A DNA stretch of 64,000 nt. Origin: Lama glama (Eukaryota). Positions 1 to 11,400 of this stretch are shown here, piece after piece (the first letter of the stretch is position 1; the number at the start of each line of letters is the position of its first letter). The stretch is from NCBI GenBank assembly GCA_028534125.1, contig CM052837.1:37076001-37140000 (forward strand), written 5' to 3'. A program made the translations under genes and the position numbers. The notes beneath the pieces were generated by a model. The model was not told the DNA's origin and made no database searches. It worked only from the letters and a program-made list of their open reading frames with translations.

Positions 1-1504
1 GGACCCTCCCCGGCGGGTCCCTTCCGGTAAATATAGATAAACAGAGAAAAGATAGTCCACCAAGTAACCTTTTAGCTTAAGACATTTCCCCACGTGACTC
101 ATCCACAGGAACAGTTACTACGTGAAGAGATGGTGCAAGGCAGCTGTTCAAATTCTTTTTACAACACACTGGTTTCGAAAAAGAAATTGCACGTGCAAAT
201 CTCAAAAGCAACCCAGGGATGCAGAAGAAACAAGTGTATGAGGCTCATGCGGGAGCCCGCAGAGGGGAGCAGCGAGGGCTCCACACAGCAGCTCAGGGGT
301 CCCGGGGCCTCGTCCAGCGGCTGCGACACCCCTGGGAAGATGTCGGGGACCAGAGACAAGGCTGGCACCCGCTCACGGGCCTCAGCTTGGGCTGCCTCCC
401 CCTTCAGAGTCCGAGGACAGGGTCCTCACTGAGGGAGGCGCCCCTGAAGGCCAAGCAGCCTCTCTCCGGCCTCCTGCTCGCCCACAGTTTAACAGCCGGT
501 GCAGAGGAGCCCCCTGCGAACCACCCAGGGAGGCCCTGGGCAGCTGTCAGGATGCTGTGTGCTCCCCCAGTCAGACCCTCTGAGGAAACTTCTAGAGCCA
601 GAGGGACCACCCCACAAGAACACTGGGCTGCCAACCCACATGGAGTTTAAGAATCTGGAAGTACTGTGCTTTGGAGCAGGGCAGAGGGAGAAAGGTAGCC
701 AACTGGCTGGCTTAAGGGGGAAAGACTGACGGGCAGCAGCCCTTCATGAGCCAAACCTGACACACACTGAAGGTGGCGTGAGGTCCAGCTCCCCTCCCAC
801 ACCGTGACCCCCAACAGCCCTTCCTTCCCAGACGCCCCGAGCACCAGGACAGCAAGCGAGCTGGCGGGGCAGGGGAGCCTGCAGACCAGGCAACACTTAC
901 GGGCCAGGAACCCAGGCCGGCCAGTAACTGACCCGCCACAGCCTCTACTCCCGGTAACTGGCCCCAACCCTCTCTGCTGCCCTGACTCGCAGGAAGAGGT
1001 GGTAACATCTGTCAGGGCACTGGCCGGGCGACCACATCTCGAGCCGGGAGCCACCGCCTCTTCAAGGCAGCCCGACCATCAAGCACTTGGGAGGTGATGG
1101 CAGGGAGACTCCGACACACACGCTTCTGCAAAGGGACCCTTCAGCGGCTCTGCAGTTAAACCGTCGCCAGCCCGTAAGGCAGGGCGGAAGAGTGAGACGG
1201 CGCCAGCCGTGCCGAACAGGCGATTGGCAGGCCTGTGCTCTCCGAGAGGCGAGGCTCCCCGACGCTGCCCGGACCCCTCACAGGCAGCGGCAGCTCCGCG
1301 AGAGCGAGCGCCCAGCCCCGAGGGCCCGCAGAGCTCGCAGCTCGCAGACAGCACCTGCGCACTGGGTGGGTGGCCCTCCGCGTGGGTGCGTGCGCGCGGC
1401 ACGTGTGGGGCAGGCATGTGCACGGCTCTCACACTCCGACTCCAGCTCCTGTGGCGAGCTCTTCAGCAGCCCCTTAGTCCACAAAACATGACGGCAAATT
1501 CAAT

Positions 1505-2392
1505 TTCTAGAAGACTTTTTTTGTTTTTTTATCCATTCAGGAAAAAAAATTAGACACACACGGTGAAATTTACAATCGGCGGCATCACCTGTCACACCGT
1601 CTGTCCTACCAGACCTGACGTTTAAAGCTCAGCATTACTGGTATAAAAACATGAAACGGCGTCAGGACGCTCCACGGAGAAAAGTGAGGAGCCCCTCCAG
1701 GCCCGGGCCTGTCACCACTGCCCGCCCAGGAGCACAGCGGCCCCTCCGGGCACGCAAGGCCGTAGGAGGCAGGGGCCCCAAGGAAACAGCACGTTCACCA
1801 AATCTGAACAACTAAAATGTGTCCTTCTGCCTAGTGGAAATCAAACGGACAGACTGGCATTTTAGGTTGATAATAGGTAACAAAGATAAAATGATGGCAA
1901 ACCAGCCAAAGTGAGCCGCAGCCCGCTGACCCCGGCATCTTGAGAGCAGCGCGTCAGCGGAGCTCGGCAGATGGCTCGTGGTTTCTCACGCTCGCTGTAA
2001 AGCACAAGGGGCAAGAACTGAGTCTCGTACAGAAATGTGAAATGGCTGAGTGTAAGAATAAGAACATAATTTTCACCGAAAGGAAATAATAATAATAAAT
2101 CTTTGGGATGTATTAGATTTTTGTTTTTAAGGATACTTACATTTCACATTAGGGCAGTCTGACTGACAAGCTGACAGAAACACTCCTTTACTGAGTGAGT
2201 TTCCAACATTCTAATACATAGAAAAAATACAAACAAACGCAGAGCCATCTGGGCAAAAATAAACCACGAAGAAGGTAAGACATGAGCAGTGGAGCCTGCA
2301 GGAGAGGCCGGCCGGAGCCCCGCCGGAGACAGCACCAAGACGCCCCTCCGCCCGGGCCGCACCCCGCAGACCTGCGAGAACCCCTCTGAGCC
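1505..2392 (-). other. YTHDF1: YTHDF1 3' UTR (approximate end); AU-rich stretch ~2082-2100; candidate variant poly(A) signal GATAAA at 1528-1533
   Basis: AT-rich blocks downstream of the stop. GATAAA is followed by a U/GU-rich segment on the minus strand. I saw no canonical AATAAA, so the 3' end is uncertain. Confidence 0.5.
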
Positions 2393-2419
2393 TCACTGTC
2401 GGTTCCGGTTCTGCCGTTC
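2393..2419 (-). CDS. YTHDF1: YTHDF1 last coding exon (ERQNRNRQ*)
   Basis: ttttcacag|GAA CGG CAG AAC CGG AAC CGA CAG TGA. Confidence 0.93.
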   Translation of the reverse strand, partial: ERQNRNRQ

Positions 2420-5400
2420 CTGTGAAAAGAAAGGAGAGGGGTTGAACATGCCGGGCCAACATGCCGTGCACACAAATTCCCCCAAAGCCCAAGGGCCGCG
2501 GCCGCAGGTCTGGACCTGAGCTCCCTGCTGGGACCGCCACGCCACGGCAGCTCCAGGCCCTGGGGTCTGGGCGTGGGACCTGGCCTCTGATAACCACCTA
2601 CCAGCGATAGACACCTGTGCGAGGAAGGCTCCCCTGGCCAGTCTGTTCTTACAGACCACCCATCCCAGCGCGTGCAGGACCAGCCTGTGACCAGCGCTCA
2701 GTCCTCCCCACACCCTCCAGCCTTCTTGTTCGTTAGTCGGGCCGCAGCCACAGCTGACTCGCAGGAGACACACCGAGTCCGGCTCCCTCTGGCCCCTCCA
2801 GGATGGGGGCACCGCTCGCGGACTGGCGATGACTCATCTCCTGACACTCAGGACTGCCACTCGTGTAACGCACAATGCAAGTGAAAGCCTCTCCTCTGCT
2901 GCGAACGGACCAGACGTGTCTTCAGGGAAATGCGACACCAACCCCCACCCTCCGCGTCGTCACCCAGGACACGGCTCGCCGCAGGGCCACCTATGGTCAC
3001 TCCTCTAACAACTATAACATTTCCTCCCTACCCTGAACTCCAAACACTGGAAAAATTAAGAACTCTATATTTTACATTCTCCTAAAAAAAAAAGTCACAG
3101 GCACTGCCCTCTACCCCCGGAGAGCAGATGGCAACCTCTCCTTCAAGCTCAGACAGGCAGCCTCCCGGGCTGAGCACCCTGACTGCTAAACCACCTCCAC
3201 TCCTCCAACTGTGAGACGTGCTCTTCTCAAAACAGCTGAACCACATGGGAAGCAGAGTTCCTTCCTGAGAGGGACACTCAACAACAAACACGCCAGCAAG
3301 GGCTCACCCCTAACCCTCTGTCTTCACCCGGCTTTCCGCGGAGTGGCCCTGGGCCGTGGCCAGTCGAGCTGTCCGAGGAACTCTCAGCTCACTCCCACTG
3401 TCAATGGAAACCTGCACTATTTTAAGCGCCCTAAGGAGTGACTGTTTCTAGACTTGAAAACCACAGGCTTCTGGGGCTCGGTCTGACCCAGCTGCCACAA
3501 GACCTGGTGCTTCCCCAAAGCAACAGCGCGCCTTCAGGCAGACAGCCCAGGTGCAGGACGGCCAGCGCGCCTGCAAAGCGGCAAGTACGCCTGGCCTCTC
3601 AACAAGGCCCGATTTTAAGCACTTCCAATCATTGAAAACAATGGAGTCAAACTCCAGATGATGAACAAAAGGGTGACCTGAGAGTCTCCAGGACAGACAA
3701 GCGCGGGATATGAGGGCGTCCGTGCCCATCAGAGTGAAGGACACACCCTAGCCCTCCCTGGAAACCAGACTCCTGGGACCTCTGAGGCTCCACCAGGGCA
3801 GCAACAGGGCAGGCTCCTCTCTGCCACTCTCAGGAACAGGACTTAATCGAACACTGTCAGCTGCGGACAAAGGCATCCTGCCCCCGGCCACTCACCTGCT
3901 TCCACAGCGTCCCCGCCACAAGGGGGGAGGAGCAGCGCCCAGTGAAGCCGCACAGCAAAGCGACAGAGGACAACCCTGCTTGTCAACTGGAACATCTTGG
4001 TGGCACAGCCCATCTCCCTCCAGCCCACTGGAGGGGCAGCTCAAAGCCAGAAGCACCATGGCTCCCGTGACCACAGCCACCTCCCTCACTCCCGATCCCG
4101 GACACACCAGCGTGGGCACCGAAGGCTCCAACCGCCACGATGCACATTTCAGGACAATAGCTCCTCAAAACACCAATCTGGTTAGGGGCAGAAAATCATC
4201 CCTCAGCACATCACAGCTTCACAACCCAGCAGTCACAGCATTTACGACAAACCACACACAGCGAGCCCGCTTCTTGCGGCTGGGGACCTCAAGTTTCACT
4301 AGCGACGCTCTCTGTTCTGTCCCTGTAAATTCACTAGTTCAATTTCATACCCAAGAGCTAAAACAGAGAATCGCAGTAACTGGCAATAAATGACAAACTT
4401 GTCTTTTCCCCACAAAAATGAGTGGGCCCAATCGAGTTCTGTGAGCATGGCAAGGGATCCCAAGTTACGTGGTGACATCCAAGCGGGCCTGCCCATCGCC
4501 GCCGAGGCCGCGCATGCCCTCCCGAGACCCAGACCCACCTTGCGCACCACCTCCTCCTCCTCCTGGCGCTTCTCATAGTGCGAGAAGTCGTCGAAGATGG
4601 AGGTGGTGTGCCTGTAGGCAGCGATGATCTTCAGCACCTGCCTCGCCTTCTCCAGGGGCACCTCCTGGGTGTCGCGGGAGTTGGTGACCGGCTTGTGGTC
4701 GTTGTTCTCCAGCCGGATGTGCCGGAGCTGGCTGTTGGGCACGTCCTTGACAAAGATCCACTTCACGTCGAACTTGCCCTTCCACTTGTCCTGGGACCAA
4801 ACCCCGGCGCTTGTGCCGTAGTCCACGGGCGACTTCATCTCGGCCACCCCGCAGAAGTGCCCGCTGCCGTTGACGCTGAACAGCAGGTAGACAGGCCCCC
4901 GGCTGCCCAGGGCGCGGAAGGCGCTGTCCAGGCGCTTGTTGCCGTGCTCGGTGCTGCACCAGATGGAGTACTTGATGGAGCGGTGCACGTCGTCCTCCGA
5001 GTAGCTCTTGATGATGAACACGCGGCCACTCCGCAGGTTCCAGTCGAACTCCCGGGGGTTGTAGCTGTGGGCCGCCTTCAGCTTCTCCAGGACTGGGTGG
5101 GACTCCGCGCCCAGGGCAGAGCTGGGCTGCGTGTTCCCGAGGGAGTTACTGTCGCCGCCTGTCCCTCCACTCGGCCCGAACGCAGCGTTCCGGTTGCGAG
5201 GCGCGACCCAGCGGGTTTGGGGAGGCTGCTGGGGGCTCTGGTACTGCGGCTGTGCCAGAGGGGGGTGCTGAGCGGGAAGAGGCTGCCCAGTCGGCTGGGG
5301 GGCCACCTGGGGGACCGGCGCCTGCTGGGCAGCCGGGGCCTTGGGCCCAGGCCCCTTGTTATCCCAGGTGCCAATGTCCATGTTATGCTTTATGGGAGGA

Positions 5401-8400
5401 GGGGGCAGTGCACCCCCCACCGCAGGGCCGCCCTTGGCCTTCGCTTTCGGCTGTGGCTTCGCGGGCTTGCTGGCGATAGCAGCCCATGAGGCCGGCTTCG
5501 ACACCGGCAGGCTCACGTTCGTCCCACCACTGCCAGAAAGTATGCCCGTCATCGCCACACTGCTGACCACTGACCCCACCGTCTTGACCGCAGAGGTGGT
5601 GACGTCCCCAATCTTCAGGCCCACCATGCCTTGCTCCAGGCTGTTCATTCCAGGGGCCTTGTTGAGGGTGTCACTGTGAAAGCCTGTCTGTCCGTCCACA
5701 ATCGTGCCGCCCAGGGAGCTTGGCGGGTAGGTGTAGCTGTTTCCATAAGCAGAACTCTGAGCCTGCTGCCCCTGAGACCCGCTCGTCCCCCAGGCTGAGA
5801 AGGCAGGGTTTTCGGGGAAAAAATTAAACCTGTGCTGATAGATATTGTTCCCCAGGCCCCCAGGCTGCCCAAAAACAGCATCGTGCATAAAATGATGGTC
5901 TCCATTACTGAGCTGTCCGTAGGTGGTGAGGTACGGGATGGGAGGGTCCCCTCCGCTAGACCAGGGTGCCTCGTTGAGGGAGTAGGGAAATCCGATGGAT
6001 GGCGGGTAATAGCTGGACAGGTAGGGATCGGCCATGGAGGGGTAACTGTTACTCTGCAGAAACAAGCACGAGCCGCGTTAGATGCTGTCCCAACACCGAG
6101 GAGACACCGGAACGCCAACTGCTCCTGCCTAAGTGCAGGCTGATGGGAAACCAGGCCTGTCCTGCACAAGCCCCACCTGCAACAGGAGCCCAGAAAGGAC
6201 AGGTGAGGGTGAGGTCAGGGACAGTCCAGCTGGTCACCTCCAAACACAGAATATCACTTGCAATGACATGGATTCAAGTCAGGTGACAGCAATCTACTCA
6301 GCACCCCACGTCCCCACTTGACCTTCAAGAAGAGACCCGTTTAAACGGACCTAGAGTGAGGAGCTACCCTCTGCCCCGCTGGCAGCAAAGCTCATGAGGA
6401 GCACGGGCAGCACGGGCAGCCCAGGAGGACGGGGGAGGCTTTAGAAGAGCCGCAGACTCCTCACAGCAGTCAGGACGTTCAGCACTGCAGGCGTTTACCC
6501 TGCAGGCTGACTTCAAGTTCAGCAGTTATGCATCTAGACACCCCTTCCCACTCTCCACCCACAGGACCCCTGCCACCCACCCAGGGCCATTCCCGAGGCC
6601 CCTTCCACAGGCCTTTCCTGATGGCCTGCCTCTGAGTTCCAGGGTCTCACCTCCTCAGTCCCCACCGTTTCCTGGGCACGGCCTGGGGCTCTCGGAGCGG
6701 GCCGGGTGATGGAGGAGGCCCCGGCTAGTCCAGCCCCTTTGCCCAGTGAGTGTCCCACTCTGTTCTCTGGACCACAGGAGCCCCCGCCTCACCCGGGCCC
6801 CTCACTGAGAAGCCACCTCCGTGCAGCAGCTGGAAGCTCCAGGAGGAGTTTCTTAGCGCTGGACCCTGAGGCCGCAGCGCCTCCCTCACTTCTGCCAGAT
6901 TTAGAGCTGCAGCCAGCAGTTCTGGGAGGGTGGCTGCTCAGGGAGACTCACCCGGGGCTGCCGGTCAGACCGGGGACTGGGAGCGGGAGGGCTGCGAGGG
7001 AAACAAAGCAGGGCAGACGTGGAGCCCTCCAGCCTGTGACGCCGCTCGCGGCCCCTCTCCACGTCCCCCGAGCAGCCAGAAAGTTCTACGTGGAAAGCAG
7101 CGGCTTTAAACTCTTTCCCTAACCCCGCGCCCATGTTCAGGAGAGAGCACCTGCCACCCTGTCCGCAGAGGGTGGCTGGTGTCCAGGCAGGGAGCCGGGC
7201 GAAGGCAGCCAGGGAGGGTCCAGGACACCAAGAGGAAAGCAGCTCTGCTTATGGGCAATGAGAACGGGCAGGCACTCTCCGGATCCCCCAGAAGACCCTG
7301 GGGAGGTCAGGCCAGTCCCCAGGCATGTCCCGAGACAGCACTGACACTGCTGGTCTGCACGGCCACCTCCTGCCTCCCTGCCCATCCTGGGGCACTCGAG
7401 GCCTCAGGACTCAGATCTCCTCCCCATCAGCTGCTCCACTTGACAGCAGATTATTCTAGAATCACCTTTTCAAATGCAATGGTAACAGTTTGCCTGTTAA
7501 CACAAGCCCTTGAGATTCTCCGGGATACAAGAAACAGGACGGACATGCAAGGGAAAGGACCTCAGTGATCCTGGCCCCTTTAACGTAACCTCTCGGTCAG
7601 CCTGCCTCCGCCCAACCTGGGCCCACTGGAGAGGCAGCAGAGGAGAGCGGACTACTGGGGGATGTGTTAGGAGGGGCGGGCCCAGGGGCTCAGGCCTCTG
7701 ACTCGGAGCCCTCCTCCTGCCAGCCTGGCCCTCCTGGCATCAACGCACTTCCCTCGCATGCAAGGAAGGCCCTGGGGAGAAGAGAGGACCAGGGGCTGCA
7801 CGGCATTTGAACCACCTGGACAAACCAGAGTGGCAGCAGCGGGGCCACAGCACTGTGCTCCCCGAAAGACCCAGCGCCTCACTCTGACCTGCACGTAAAC
7901 CTGAGCCACGACAGGATGCAACCCAGGACGCGAGCTCTCGTGTGTCATGCTCAGCCCTGAACTCCCCTCACACCCGTCCCAAGTCCCGCCACTGATGGAC
8001 AAGTCCACCATCCCGGTCACCCCAGCACCACTGTGTGGACAGGTGGCTCTTGGCCGCCTCCAGCCAGGACTATCCAAGGGAAAGAGGAGACAAGCCAGCC
8101 AGCATCACCGGGACCCTGCGTCCAGCCCTGGGGTAAGGCCAGGCAGGGCGGCATCTGGGAGAGGAGCGGCCAAGCAGGCTGGTGGTGAGGGCTACCTAGA
8201 GGGCTGGGCTCCATACCAGCCCGGTCCACGCTGTCTAGCCCCACCAGGCCGCCAGCACACAGCAGGCTTTGTGCAGGGACCCTAGCCCACCTGCATCCCC
8301 ACCCTGCTGGCAGCACAGTTCCTACCACCTCTGCCATATTTCCTGCAAAACTCCGAAAGCAAGGCAGCAAGTGACCCAGCAGAGCTCCTTCTGCAGCAGG

Positions 8401-11400
8401 AGAACTTGGAGGTGTTCCCCGAGCACTGTGGTCTGCACCGCACCACCTCCCCTCCTCGCTGCCTTGAGGGCGTGGTTCCAGGTGGTTCCAGGCCATCTGC
8501 AGCACGGGGTGGGGGTGGCGGTGACTGTTCTGGCCTCAACTTACAGCAAAACTAAAACTATACTTGTTTCAAACGTGAACTCTACGTGAGCCCGCCAATG
8601 GCACTGCAGAGTTGGGCCGCTCGTGATCACAGGCAGCCCCTCGGAAGCCACCGGTCCTGGCCTCAGGCTCTCAAAACACTCAGCACAGTAGCTCAAACAC
8701 TGTCCAGCCTGGCTCCTGCGAGAGCCGCAAGGCCCAGCTAGAGTGCATGGGTTCACCTGCTAGGGATGCGGGTGCAGAAGCCAAAGGGATGGAAACAAAT
8801 TCCACGCCTTCAGGCCTCTGCGCAGGTGGGTCGTGGGTCTTGTGAAAGGAGCAGCACAGGAAAAAATTCTTTCAAGGACAATGCAGGTAAAACAACAAAG
8901 CCATCGCCCTGACCGCACGAGGCTTCTAGTTACCGCCTTTGCACAACTTAGGGCCTCAGAGAAGGGAGGCGGCAGGTCTTCACGCCAAAACGTCTGCTGA
9001 CTGCAGGGAACACAGCCCCAAGCGTTGCACCCCTAGGCCAAGGCAGACGTGACAGGCAAAACGTGCCCTCCAAACCAAGTAAGTTCAAGCAGTCGTGACA
9101 GTTACTCCCAGGTCACTTTCTTCGAAGAACAAACAGTAAAAGACAATAAAGCTGTAAGCCTGTCCTATCATTAAGTGTTTGTTATACTTACCAACACTCA
9201 CCCACATCAAAAACAACCTTCCAGTCTCAACAACCAGAACCATCTATTTTAAACTTGAAATGTCTGCTTCCTAAACCCAGCTTTCTTAGAAGGAATAATT
9301 CCAGAATTACTCAAATGCTTTAAGTTTCACAAACAGTAAAGTGACTCAGCCATTAAGGTGACCAAGAGGAGGCAATGGAAGGAAAAACAGGAAGGACCCT
9401 TCAGAACCTCAAGGCAAAGAGAACACTTCTGGAGTCTGCAGAGCAGCATTTACTTGGGGGAGGGGAGTGACTATCATAAATTATGTAAAAGAGGAAAAGC
9501 ACCTAGGGCAGTGAGGAGTGGTGACAAAGTGAGTGACACAGGCTCCGGGGAGAGGCCTGGGGGTGCAGCTGGTTCCCCCCTCGGAGTCCTGCATCTGCTT
9601 CCTGCCTCGGCGAGCAGTTCTGAGTGACCTCACAAAGAGGTCTGTCACCGCTCTTCGGGCACTGTTAGCTGCATTTCAGATGGAAGCCCCTACTATGTGC
9701 ACCATCCTTGTGTTTTAGGACGTCCCTGGCTCTCAGATGCAGCTACAGGAAACGGATGTTCAGCCAGTGCCCACTTGACCAGGCACTCCTCGCTGCCCGG
9801 GCTCACTGGCCCACCAGAGCCGCCGAGGAGCGGTAACATGCCAACTTCCTCCCAGACTCTTCACAGTGGCCCCAACACCAAGAAAAGGTATCAATTTAGC
9901 CCAGCTTTGTGCTGCTGGGTGAAAAAACCACCCAAAACCTGACAGAACACCTGCTGACAGCTTTCACAATACAGGTGGGTTAGGGTCCCTGCACACGGCA
10001 CAGTTTTCAAGGAGGGCCCTGCTAGGGATGCCAGGCAGAAGCTTCTTGCAAAGAGAGTAAAGAGGCACAAACTCCAATGCACACAAGACAACATCTGAGA
10101 GACACTGTACACCAGGTCTCCAAGAGATGCCACGCGGAGCCCTCAAGTGTTAAAACACGTGCCCAGCACTTCCGGTGGTTCTGCACACAATAGGTCAAGA
10201 CTCGACCAGCAGCTCAGCTTCCTCTGGTTACAGACGGCCAGCGCCGGGACCCGAAACAAGTACCTTCACAGAGTGCTCTCGTACAGTGAGTGTTTCTCGT
10301 TACACTCCAAGCAAGACAGAATTGTTAAGGAGGAATAAAAAGTTCGCTTTTATTCCTTCTGTACCGGGCAGGTGTGACCAGGCACACTGACAGGTCCATC
10401 GACAGCCGAGTGCCTCCAGTGTAGATGTAGGCGCCCCGTTGGTTCCCTCCCGGCCTGGCAGTTGGCTGGCACACCTGCAACAACTCAGAAGAGGAACTTT
10501 TCTGGGTCCTTTCGGGGGGAAAAAACAAAACAAAACAGGACTGGAAAGGAGGCAGGCCCTGAGGACAAAGTCAGGAGGACCCAGCAGCGGCAGAGCCCCA
10601 CCCAGCGCCCTCACCCCGGGCCCCCACCCGGACCCCGCTGCTTCAGGAAAGCTGACCAACGTGTGCTGCCCCAGGAGCCCCAGGAAGGGACACGCACACC
10701 GGGAGCAGTGGCCCCAGTCTTCCTGAGGGAAGGACCAGCCACCCGAGCACAACAGTCCCATTACAGAGCATTACCATTAACCAACTGAACTTAGACGGCC
10801 TGCTTCTAAATGCTTTCCAAGTCATCTTCAATACCAAGGCTTCACAAATCAGAAAGCCACAGTGTCTCCAAGAGGCTACTAGAAACCACACCTGAGTTCT
10901 GACAGATGAGCATCGCAGAGCTGACGGAGGCGCTGGCTCCGTGAGGGAGGATTGTGTACACAAGTGGGCCCTCTCGCCACGGTCCACCTGGCGGCAGCAC
11001 CACCTCAGCAGAACCTGGCGCAAACAGGGCTGCGCGCTTCCCGCTGCTGGCCACGCCACCACTGCTCCAGCTCACACACCAGCAGTCAGGCTGGACATCA
11101 CAGCACATCCTCAGTCTGAGCACCTTCCTAAACCTCCGCCGGCAGAGTCCACGTGGAGAGGCAGCAACCATCCCCAGTGACTCCTGACTGCATCACTGCT
11201 CACGTGAAGAAAGGAGAGGCAGACACAGGACCCAGAGAGCCTGGCTGCACGCCTGGCACGAGGCACCGGCCCTCAGGTTCCTCATCCACGAGACGACGAG
11301 GATCCAAGAGCCCTGGCGGTCACAGGCTTCCTGTGCCCTCCAGCAGTCGGGCATTTACGGACAGTCTGTTCTCAATCAAGAGCCTTCTCAGCAGGTTCAC

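Noticed and set aside
4299-4538. C-terminal extension of the 588-aa ORF ([12 protein letters not shown]...)
   Set aside because: It is read-through past the exon 4 donor into intron 4; the true end is the exon at 2393-2419.
4578-5489. 303-aa + strand ORF
   Set aside because: Antisense shadow of YTHDF1 exon 4 caused by high GC at third codon positions.
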